From the IMG/VR virus record IMGVR_UViG_3300020403_000027, positions 1-41,285 of that record: a stretch of DNA of 41,285 nucleotides; one strand, given 5' to 3'. The notes under the pieces were generated by a model, which worked only from the letters and a program-made list of their open reading frames with translations, was not told where the DNA came from and did no database searches. A program made the position numbers and the translations under genes. The stretch's first letter is position 1; each line of letters opens with the position of its first letter. This stretch comes from a virus (Duplodnaviria; Caudoviricetes). Of the stretch, positions 1 through 7,400 are shown in pieces.

Positions 1-773
1 CCTAAAGTTTTTCTTGTAATAAATCCTTGACCATCATAATAAGTAGTTGGTAAGAATTCTAATTTTTTATCTACATTTCTACTAAATGTGTAAGTAGTAG
101 CTGCTGATAACATATCAATGTCACCATTAATTAAAAAACTAAATCTTGTTTTACCATCTACTACAACAAATTCAACTGCATCTGGATCTCCAAATACAGC
201 AGCTGCGACAGCTCTACAAAGATCAACATCAAAACCAAAGTATTTAAAACCTCCATGATCATCATCAAATCTCATTTCTGAGAACCCTGGAAACTCTTCT
301 TTAGTTCCACAGTTAACATAACCTTGATCTAATACTCTTCTATACGTTGATTGAAATTCAGGAAAGTATTCTTGTTCGGAAGGAGGCTTAGATGTAGAAA
401 TATGATCATCCAATGATACCATCTGCATAGCACCATCAGCATCTGATTCATCTATTTCTAAATTATCTACAGTAACATTTATTGGCTTAACTTTTAGGTC
501 TTCATCATCTATTGTAAAAGAACGAGGAAGGTAAAATATATCACCTCTATCTAAATTCCTATCCCAATTCTCATCACCAGTAAGATCAGCCATAATAGAA
601 AGAAATTGACCCCTATCTGTAAAACCAGATGCTTCCATCATAGCTTTTAGATCAAGCCTATTTCTCTCATTAAATAATACTTCTATCTTGATAAAGTCAG
701 AATCATTATCAGACTGAGCTACTGCCTTAACTGGAAGTATTAACAGTAATGCTAATAAGAAAATCTTTATCAT
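1..773 (-). CDS. AapJ/BztA-like amino-acid ABC transporter substrate-binding protein with signal peptide and extra N-terminal domain (3' end runs off the window)
   Basis: Not in the ORF track; translated by hand from ATG at 773, which overlaps the TGA of the 770..1198 ORF (ATGA). Begins MIKIFLLALLLILPVKAVAQ (signal-peptide-like). Later reads YRRVLDQGYVNCGTKEEFPGFS..GFDVDLCRAVAAAVFGDPDAVEFV..RFSFLINGDIDMLSAATTYTFSR..YYDGQGFITRK, matching AapJ/BztA motifs GFDVDxCRAxAAAV and YYDGQGF. 257 codons open to the edge. Confidence 0.85.
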   Translation of the reverse strand, partial: MIKIFLLALLLILPVKAVAQSDNDSDFIKIEVLFNERNRLDLKAMMEASGFTDRGQFLSIMADLTGDENWDRNLDRGDIFYLPRSFTIDDEDLKVKPINVTVDNLEIDESDADGAMQMVSLDDHISTSKPPSEQEYFPEFQSTYRRVLDQGYVNCGTKEEFPGFSEMRFDDDHGGFKYFGFDVDLCRAVAAAVFGDPDAVEFVVVDGKTRFSFLINGDIDMLSAATTYTFSRNVDKKLEFLPTTYYDGQGFITRKTL

Positions 774-1198
774 TGAAGCGCTCTATAAATCTCCAATAAT
801 TCAGGGTCAGGAAGAGGTGTGGCCATTGTATAATATCTTTGATGACCTACTGCCATGAATGCTTTTATATCAGAGAATGATGGATACTTAGATAAAAGAT
901 TATGTAAAAGATAATCCGTTTCTAAATGACAAGACGCACATTGATTATCTCTAGCAAAAACTCTGGTCGATTTTTTAAATCTTTCTGATTGTATCAATAC
1001 AGAGTTTAAATCTTTTTCTATAAAACCAACTTTAGTATTAACATCTGGTATAACCATAAAAATTAAATAACCAAGTAAACCGATAATAACATATATCCAT
1101 ATTTTACTTGTAGCAACAATATCTTTAGTTTCCACTTCAATCTCTTTTACGTTTTCACTTTGTCCAGGATTTTTCTTAGGAGCTTTTTGTTCAGCCAT
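770..1198 (-). CDS. Membrane-anchored CxxCH protein, putative monoheme cytochrome c
   Basis: One TM helix (IWIYVIIGLLGYLIFMVI), CASCH at 926-940, and C-terminal M..LPDPELLEIYRAL resembling the class I cytochrome c Met ligand plus terminal helix. Confidence 0.6.
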   Translation of the reverse strand: MAEQKAPKKNPGQSENVKEIEVETKDIVATSKIWIYVIIGLLGYLIFMVIPDVNTKVGFIEKDLNSVLIQSERFKKSTRVFARDNQCASCHLETDYLLHNLLSKYPSFSDIKAFMAVGHQRYYTMATPLPDPELLEIYRALQ

Positions 1199-1548
1199 TA
1201 TTGACCTTTCTCTGCAGCTTCATCTAGCTTCTTTGTGATCTGTTGTGTGAACCACTTTAAAACTATCGGAATGCTTACATTAGAGGTTAAACCGAATAAA
1301 AAACCTACTGGATATCTAAAAGTATCATATGCGGCTACTTGAGGGACATTCTCAAATACCAACCAAACCAATATATAACCAGTAACAGACATACCCATGT
1401 TAATAAACAGGTCAAATAAGACCATGTACCACTTACCACCATATTTGTGTTCATTATCAGCGCGATAATTAAATAAGAATACAAAGAAGGCAGAAAATAA
1501 TACCATTAAAATCATGGTTATGTTAAGAGGACTTAACAAATTTTCCAT
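1198..1548 (-). CDS. Small 3-TM membrane protein (holin-like topology, function unproven)
   Basis: 116 aa, three hydrophobic segments and a charged C-terminal tail. ATG directly follows the gp16 stop. Confidence 0.6.
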   Translation of the reverse strand: MENLLSPLNITMILMVLFSAFFVFLFNYRADNEHKYGGKWYMVLFDLFINMGMSVTGYILVWLVFENVPQVAAYDTFRYPVGFLFGLTSNVSIPIVLKWFTQQITKKLDEAAEKGQ

Positions 1549-1998
1549 TTACCCTACCTTATTATTTTTCAATAGTTTCTGTAATTCAGCCGTACTTCCT
1601 ACAAACAATGCATTTGTGACGTTCTGAGGAGAAGATACGGGATCTTCCTTTTTAATGTCTTTCACTTGCTTATGCATGTTAATCAACTCTTTATTGGCAT
1701 TGGTCAATTTATCCATTAGTTGACCAACAACTTCGTAAGCTCTGGGATGTTCTGTTTCCTGAGCTACATGAAGAATACCTTCCATTGCATCCTGACCACG
1801 CTCTATAATATTGTATAGATTCTCTCGCGTATACTGGAAATCTGTATTAGTATCGTTACCATTAGTTTCTGGAGTTTTAGCTTTCACAGGTTCATTCTGT
1901 GTAGATGGAGCTATTTCAAAGACTTCATCTAATTTCATTTCGACCGATTTAGGATCTACTTTTTTATCTATAGGGTCTAAAGTTTCAAGTTCATCCAT
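1549..1998 (-). CDS. gp16: Terminase small subunit (T4 gp16-like)
   Basis: DFQYTRENLY..HPRAYEVVGQL..NVTNALFVGSTAELQKLL motifs; follows gp15. ATG at 1998, overlapping the gp15 end, is preferred over the track start at 2010. Confidence 0.9.
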   Translation of the reverse strand: MDELETLDPIDKKVDPKSVEMKLDEVFEIAPSTQNEPVKAKTPETNGNDTNTDFQYTRENLYNIIERGQDAMEGILHVAQETEHPRAYEVVGQLMDKLTNANKELINMHKQVKDIKKEDPVSSPQNVTNALFVGSTAELQKLLKNNKVG

Positions 1999-2986
1999 TT
2001 CTGTTACCAAATGCGTTTACGTCTAACGTACCGCCATATGTGTCCTCTCCGGTAACTGGATCAAATTCCAATCCTTCAGCAAAAAAGTCTCTAGTTACTG
2101 TAGGCTCGTAATCTGCATCCCCGGCTGGTACGTCCGGACTGATTACTGACTTAACTCTCGATTTAACTAGTGCACTATTTATATCAGTTCGTGTTGACTC
2201 TAATAATATTTTTGTGCCATCTTCATTAAGTAGCTCATCTTGACCCGTTCCAAAACCTGTATCAGATTCTAATAATAAATGTTCAGCTGGAGTTGCTCCA
2301 GGGTCTCTATGTGGCATAATATGAAAGTTAACAATACTAGTTCTTATTAATGAAGTACTAATATCATCACTTCCATCACCAAAGCCTTTACCTTTAATGT
2401 TTGGATATAGATAACCTCTTACTGTGAAATCTAATGTCCAAGTTATAGCTCTTCTTGTTTGAAAATCACCTTCATACGAATCTTCTACATTTACAGCATT
2501 CAATATAATAGGAATATCTAATTTAATTCCCATTGTTGGAAGAGCATTTATTGTTACTGTAAAGTCGGGCTGAAAAAATGGTAATATTTGCTCAATTATT
2601 TGAGTACCATCATCCGCATTTTTAACAAAACATGATAACGTGAAAGCATAATCATAAGGAACTGGACTCTTTACTACTCCTAGTTCTCCATTCCTTACTG
2701 CTTTCTTTTGATTAAGGGGATGCAACATTCTCTCGGGACTATAAGACATAGAAGTCATCTCGAAGCCCATCCTCGGCAGTTGCATCCCCACTTTTCTATC
2801 TAGGTTTGGATCACCTGTTATCCGAGTTAAAAACTTTTGCTTAGGTCCATATGCTAAAGGAACTTTAATGTTCTCAACTACATTACCAGAACTATTCTTT
2901 CTGTGAATATAGATATCATTAAAGAGAGTTCCGAAAATAGAAACATACTTTCTTGATAATCCATGATACCAATATGTTCCTAACAT
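1991..2986 (-). CDS. gp15: Tail sheath stabilizer/tail terminator (T4 gp15-like)
   Basis: FGTLFNDI..KVPLAYGPKQKFL..LPRMGFEM..QIIEQILPFFQP..WTLDFT motifs; gp13-14-15-16 synteny. Confidence 0.93.
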   Translation of the reverse strand: MLGTYWYHGLSRKYVSIFGTLFNDIYIHRKNSSGNVVENIKVPLAYGPKQKFLTRITGDPNLDRKVGMQLPRMGFEMTSMSYSPERMLHPLNQKKAVRNGELGVVKSPVPYDYAFTLSCFVKNADDGTQIIEQILPFFQPDFTVTINALPTMGIKLDIPIILNAVNVEDSYEGDFQTRRAITWTLDFTVRGYLYPNIKGKGFGDGSDDISTSLIRTSIVNFHIMPHRDPGATPAEHLLLESDTGFGTGQDELLNEDGTKILLESTRTDINSALVKSRVKSVISPDVPAGDADYEPTVTRDFFAEGLEFDPVTGEDTYGGTLDVNAFGNRNG

Positions 2987-3828
2987 TAGAAGCTTCCTTC
3001 ACTAAATGGATTTCCTTCACTAAAATCAATAATACCATCAGCAACTGTCTGAATTGTAGCATTATTAGCTTTAGGATCATTTGCAAATTCAGTTGCAGTT
3101 GCACCTAAGTTAGCAGTAACGCCAGAAGTTCCTCCCGTGATTTGTTCTGTAGCGCTAAACGTACCAACTATATTTGTAAGTCTAATTATATTTCCTGTAT
3201 CAGAAGTAGTTATTTTTAAAATAGTAGCAGTAGCACCTGAATTAGTTCCTGTTACTGTTTCATCAGTTGTAAATACACCTGAGTTACTACTGAAGGCATA
3301 TTCTACTGCATAAGCATTCTCTACTTCTACTTGATCTATTTCTTCTATTCCTGTATCAATATCTTCATCACTATACTCAAATAATTCGCAAGATAGGTCA
3401 TATACAGGAAGCTTTCCTAACTGATAAAAGACTGACTCATGATCTACAAATTGAATTTCAAATAACTTATTAGTCATAGGAAACCAAATTAAATCACCTT
3501 CTAATGGTCTGGTTGATATTCCCTGTCCATCCCAAGTTCTTCTTGCAACAGTAAAAGTTATCTGCTGTCTTATTTCTAATCCAAACCTTCCAACAAAAGC
3601 TCCTTCACCTGCAAATCCATCTGTATTCTTAATATACATTTCTATTGGATAAGCAGCTGTAAAAGAAGAAGTAGGATCCTCACCTAAAAGATTATCTACA
3701 TTATTTTTTGTTCTTGGTAAATATGAAACATCATGTCCAAATATCTTAATGGACTCAACCATTAAGTCTTGTAATAGATGTTGTTCATTATTATGATCAA
3801 AATTAGAAAAAAAGTTACTTGTTGCCAT
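2986..3828 (-). CDS. gp14: Neck protein (T4 gp14-like)
   Basis: EQHLLQDLMVESIKIFGHDVSYLPR..RPLEGDLIWFP..FYQLGK..CELFEYSDE..DFSEGNPF. Confidence 0.93.
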   Translation of the reverse strand: MATSNFFSNFDHNNEQHLLQDLMVESIKIFGHDVSYLPRTKNNVDNLLGEDPTSSFTAAYPIEMYIKNTDGFAGEGAFVGRFGLEIRQQITFTVARRTWDGQGISTRPLEGDLIWFPMTNKLFEIQFVDHESVFYQLGKLPVYDLSCELFEYSDEDIDTGIEEIDQVEVENAYAVEYAFSSNSGVFTTDETVTGTNSGATATILKITTSDTGNIIRLTNIVGTFSATEQITGGTSGVTANLGATATEFANDPKANNATIQTVADGIIDFSEGNPFSEGSF

Positions 3829-3829
3829 T

Positions 3830-4573
3830 TTATCCTACCATAAAGTCGTCAGGCAATTGATACTTAGAGTAAATCTCATCATCTAATAATTGAATTTCTG
3901 TTGTAGCATCATCGAAGATTTGTCTTCCATTAAGAGTAGTACCTCCTGGAAGCTGTACACCTTCAAACTTAATTAAATTTAAACCCCATTGTCTTTTGAA
4001 TAAAGCTGTAGTATATTTCTTTAACCAAAGATCATTGTATGCATCTGTAAGATCTTCTGGATCAACAGCTCTGTAACATTCAAATAGTAAATATTTGTCT
4101 ACTGTTAACTCTTTACTCCAATCTATATCTAAGTAAATCTTATCTGAGTGTCTATTGAATCTGAACGAAGGAGATTGATTAAATAGATTTTCTATTAAAT
4201 CTAAATGTTGCATAGCAATAGTATAGCCGGTTAAGCTTTGTCTTCCTAAATCAAATATATCATTTAATCTTAATTGATATCTTACATCGAACATATTTGT
4301 TGGGGAAGAAGTTGATTCAATAGGATGTACTTTTATAACACTAATAGTAGATTCACCGACAGTAATATATTCATTATCAATGTCAGTTTGTGTTACTTGA
4401 TGCTTTAGATAGATTCTCTCTGTACCATCGTAATGGTAATCATTCCATACCTGTATAGCTTCATCAATGCGATCTTCTAATTGATCATCATCAACATTAA
4501 CCTCTATGACAGGATGACCTAAACTTCTAAGGCAGTATTCTTTGAGTTGTGCTCTTGTTTGTGGCTTAGCCAT
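3830..4573 (-). CDS. gp13: Neck protein (T4 gp13-like)
   Basis: LKEYCLRSLGHPVIEVNVDDDQLEDRIDEA..WLKKYTTALFKRQWGLNLIKFEGVQLPGG. Confidence 0.93.
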   Translation of the reverse strand: MAKPQTRAQLKEYCLRSLGHPVIEVNVDDDQLEDRIDEAIQVWNDYHYDGTERIYLKHQVTQTDIDNEYITVGESTISVIKVHPIESTSSPTNMFDVRYQLRLNDIFDLGRQSLTGYTIAMQHLDLIENLFNQSPSFRFNRHSDKIYLDIDWSKELTVDKYLLFECYRAVDPEDLTDAYNDLWLKKYTTALFKRQWGLNLIKFEGVQLPGGTTLNGRQIFDDATTEIQLLDDEIYSKYQLPDDFMVG

Positions 4574-4610
4574 TTATCAGTCCCTACAAAACGAGTATAT
4601 ATGTATATTC

Positions 4611-4618
4611 TATTTATC
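4611..4618 (-). promoter_or_regulatory. Possible T4-type late promoter variant GATAAATA upstream of gp13
   Basis: + strand TATTTATC, about 38 nt upstream of the gp13 ATG; one mismatch to TATAAATA; overlaps the upstream stop codon. Confidence 0.55.
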
Positions 4619-5201
4619 GCCAAGCTGGTCCTGAGATCCATGCCACTAAGGAATATCTTGTATTTTTTGTTACGGGGAGTACTCTGTGCTCAATAAAGCT
4701 GGGGAATATTAATGCGTTACCTTGCTCAAAGTTAATTTTTTTTGCTTTATTCATAAACATTATTTCCATATCACCTCCTTCAAATTCACCTATGTTCAAA
4801 GGAATGCTCATGGACATTTTACGAATGTTATTGTATTTCTTATAAGTGTTTAATACTAAATCATCACTATGCCATTCATAAAATTCACCTACTCTATATC
4901 TTGCTAACTGTACATTTATAGTAGAATAATCTAAATCATAATTATATATTTTATTTTCTTGTATAAAGATTTCTTTTATTTTAAATACAACAACTTTTTT
5001 AAAATCAGATAAATCTAAACGCCATATATCATATAAGTATACATCTGATTTTCTGAATTCATCTCTACCACTTACAGTCAAACCTTCTGTAAGATTTTTA
5101 CCTAATTCATTTATTATTTGTTTAGCGTGTCTAAAAAACCAATCGCTCTTTATTCTTCTATATGGAGGTTTTCTATCTAACTGTTTACTATCTTGGGCCA
5201 T
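4614..5201 (-). CDS. 2OG-Fe(II) oxygenase, prolyl-4-hydroxylase/PKHD-like
   Basis: Y..GEFYEWHSD (HxD), RKMSMSI, FEGGD, IFPSFIEHRVLPVT (distal His), RYSLVAW (2OG-binding RxS). Confidence 0.9.
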   Translation of the reverse strand: MAQDSKQLDRKPPYRRIKSDWFFRHAKQIINELGKNLTEGLTVSGRDEFRKSDVYLYDIWRLDLSDFKKVVVFKIKEIFIQENKIYNYDLDYSTINVQLARYRVGEFYEWHSDDLVLNTYKKYNNIRKMSMSIPLNIGEFEGGDMEIMFMNKAKKINFEQGNALIFPSFIEHRVLPVTKNTRYSLVAWISGPAWR

Positions 5202-5988
5202 ACTTAACGCCAGCGGGGCTTTTTTCTAATTCATCTTTTATATCATCATTTAACTTCATACTTTTAATCTCATCTTTAACACTATCCCACCATTCATTAC
5301 TATCTGCCATATCTTCTTTACTAATAAAACAACCTTTATTAAATGATGATAGACTAAAATCATCTTCTAACATTTCACTAGACATCTGATTATCATCAAT
5401 AACAAAAGCAACTGTAGCTCTTAGGCATTCTGTTCCTGCACAATGCCAAGAATAACCTTCTCTGTCAGTTATTCCATGTCTATACCAATCAAAAGATTTT
5501 ACATTCCATCCTTTATGATCTGGTATATCAAAATAATAACCTTTTGTATTATTAAAATATCTAAAAACTCCTTCACCTGTTTTAGACCAAGTAAATATTA
5601 AATTACGTCCCGGAACATCAGCATTATGATGCCAAGCTAAGTATCCTCCAGGAGGGTAAATTGCACTTAAAGCTTGCTTTCTTCCAGTTATTCTTTTACC
5701 TAAGTCAGTAGCAAGATCTGCTATGTAATGATCTCTTTTTCTTTGCTCTAAATCTAAAAGTAAGTCGCATATCTTTTGATGCCAAGGAGGTCCGGGTCTT
5801 ACTTGCTTACTAAAAACTTCTCTATAATTATCACAGAGAGCTTCTTTTACATTAATTCTATTCTGTCTTCCTTTTTTTACTTTTAATCTATCTATATCAA
5901 TTGCATCTAAGTAATCACCCATTTTTTCAAGTATTGATATTACTTCTGGATCATTTACATATTTACTAACGTGCTCAGTATGACTCAT
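5188..5988 (-). CDS. Divergent DSBH/2OG-Fe(II) oxygenase-like protein
   Basis: IYPPGGYLAWHHNAD..WHCA..LRATVAF follows the Y-x-P-G..W-H / distal H / R layout of 2OG oxygenases, but with HxN instead of HxD. Confidence 0.55.
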   Translation of the reverse strand: MSHTEHVSKYVNDPEVISILEKMGDYLDAIDIDRLKVKKGRQNRINVKEALCDNYREVFSKQVRPGPPWHQKICDLLLDLEQRKRDHYIADLATDLGKRITGRKQALSAIYPPGGYLAWHHNADVPGRNLIFTWSKTGEGVFRYFNNTKGYYFDIPDHKGWNVKSFDWYRHGITDREGYSWHCAGTECLRATVAFVIDDNQMSSEMLEDDFSLSSFNKGCFISKEDMADSNEWWDSVKDEIKSMKLNDDIKDELEKSPAGVKYGPR

Positions 5989-6803
5989 TCTCTTCCGTTT
6001 TGATATTGACTTTTAAATAATAAACAAGAATAATCATGAAAAACTATTTCATCTTCACTTATATTTTCTCTTTCTTTTCTATAACCTATAATCCAATTCC
6101 ATCTTGCATCACTATGATCATTCCATTCAGGAGATTCAGGAGTACAAGGAGGATCACCTTGGTATATCCAATGCCATTTAATATCTGGTCTATACCAAGG
6201 ATCATCCTTCCTAATCACTCCCATCATTAAATGTAAAGGAAACTGATCCCAACCTCTGGTTTCCCAATAAGGATATTTTCCTGTCCATCTTTCATCCCAT
6301 TCATATGGTTGTTCTCTTTTCCATTTCCAATTTTCCCACCATTGTTCCATAAATGAAACCATTCTATCTGACTTTCTATATAAGCACATACCTCCATGTG
6401 GTACTTTTAATTTACTTTTATCCCACCACCAACATGCAGATGCGTATGTTCTTATTTTAGTCCAAGCCATATCATAACCATCCTTTAATCCTCCAAATAC
6501 TAAAGGAGCATCAGGATGAATGCAAATCATATCTGAATCCAGATAACAAGTTACATCAAATGGAGTATCTTTTAAAGCTAATAATTTAGCGCGATTAGAC
6601 CTAGGCATCTTTCCATGTACTTGATCAAATATATGATTACCTGGATCGTTAAGCCATCTATCTTCTGTAAATAAAATGACCGGATGGTCTGGAGCAAATT
6701 CTTTTAAACTATCACATAACATTTGAGCCGCAGTAAGGTACGGCTTCCAATTAGTAGCTACTAATAAAAAACCTTCATCAGTTCTCATCCTTTGGAACCT
6801 CAT
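5985..6803 (-). CDS. GT-A fold glycosyltransferase (GT8/nucleotide-diphospho-sugar transferase-like)
   Basis: FLLVAT strand, AKLLALKDTPFDVTCYLDSD (DxD), HGGMCLY, WDQFPL (DQ motif), IVFHDY. True start may be ATG 6788. Confidence 0.75.
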   Translation of the reverse strand: MRFQRMRTDEGFLLVATNWKPYLTAAQMLCDSLKEFAPDHPVILFTEDRWLNDPGNHIFDQVHGKMPRSNRAKLLALKDTPFDVTCYLDSDMICIHPDAPLVFGGLKDGYDMAWTKIRTYASACWWWDKSKLKVPHGGMCLYRKSDRMVSFMEQWWENWKWKREQPYEWDERWTGKYPYWETRGWDQFPLHLMMGVIRKDDPWYRPDIKWHWIYQGDPPCTPESPEWNDHSDARWNWIIGYRKERENISEDEIVFHDYSCLLFKSQYQNGRE

Positions 6804-7365
6804 TTGCTACTTCACCAATTGTATTAGGAGTAACATTAACATCAGTTAAAATTTGTTCTCCTTCATCATTTTCTTTTGCTTTAGGTTCTATTACGGATAG
6901 TGTAATAAGAGCAGCTACTAATGCAGAGATTTCAGTCAAAGATTTAGATTTTCTAATTCTTGATCTAAGCTCTCTATTTTCACTATCTCTTACTTCCGGT
7001 ATTTCGAAAGCTTCTAATTTAGCTCTAAATAAAGTTTCGAGTTCATCAGCAGCTTTTTTTCTTTCTAAAAGTTGCTTATCTTCTCTTTTTTGTATTTGTT
7101 GCTGATCGCTAGCAGGTCTAGGTCTTCTAGGACCCATTGCTTCTCTAGCAGCTCTATGAGCATCTGTAAATTGATCTACTTGTTCTGGAGTAAATTTAAA
7201 GAAGAAATCTTTCCATTCTCTTGAATCTTTTACTGCTTGTCCAGAATATCTGGATTTATCTTCTCTTTCATAAAGAATAGATATTTCTTGCTTTTCACCT
7301 GTTCTCCATAATCCTTCAATCATTGTATCGTGTGTCCACTCTTCAGTGGTAGTTTCTTCAGACAT
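6778..7365 (-). CDS. Hypothetical protein, helical C-terminal half (possible fibre chaperone)
   Basis: 195 aa ORF with GAGG upstream; charged helical segment ELETLFRAKLEAFEIPEVRDSENRELRSRIRKSKS; first gene after a late-promoter-like motif. Confidence 0.6.
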   Translation of the reverse strand: MSEETTTEEWTHDTMIEGLWRTGEKQEISILYEREDKSRYSGQAVKDSREWKDFFFKFTPEQVDQFTDAHRAAREAMGPRRPRPASDQQQIQKREDKQLLERKKAADELETLFRAKLEAFEIPEVRDSENRELRSRIRKSKSLTEISALVAALITLSVIEPKAKENDEGEQILTDVNVTPNTIGEVANEVPKDEN

Positions 7366-7392
7366 ATAACCTCTTCATAATGTTACTAAAAA

Positions 7393-7400
7393 TATTTATC
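7393..7400 (-). promoter_or_regulatory. Possible late promoter variant GATAAATA for the 195aa-GT-oxygenase cassette
   Basis: + strand TATTTATC, about 28 nt upstream of ATG 7365; overlaps the upstream stop codon. Confidence 0.5.

Noticed and set aside
1811-6230. Short ORFs 1811..2026, 2919..3104, 5162..5389 and 6036..6230
   Set aside because: Overlap clear genes in another frame or strand and have no recognisable motifs.
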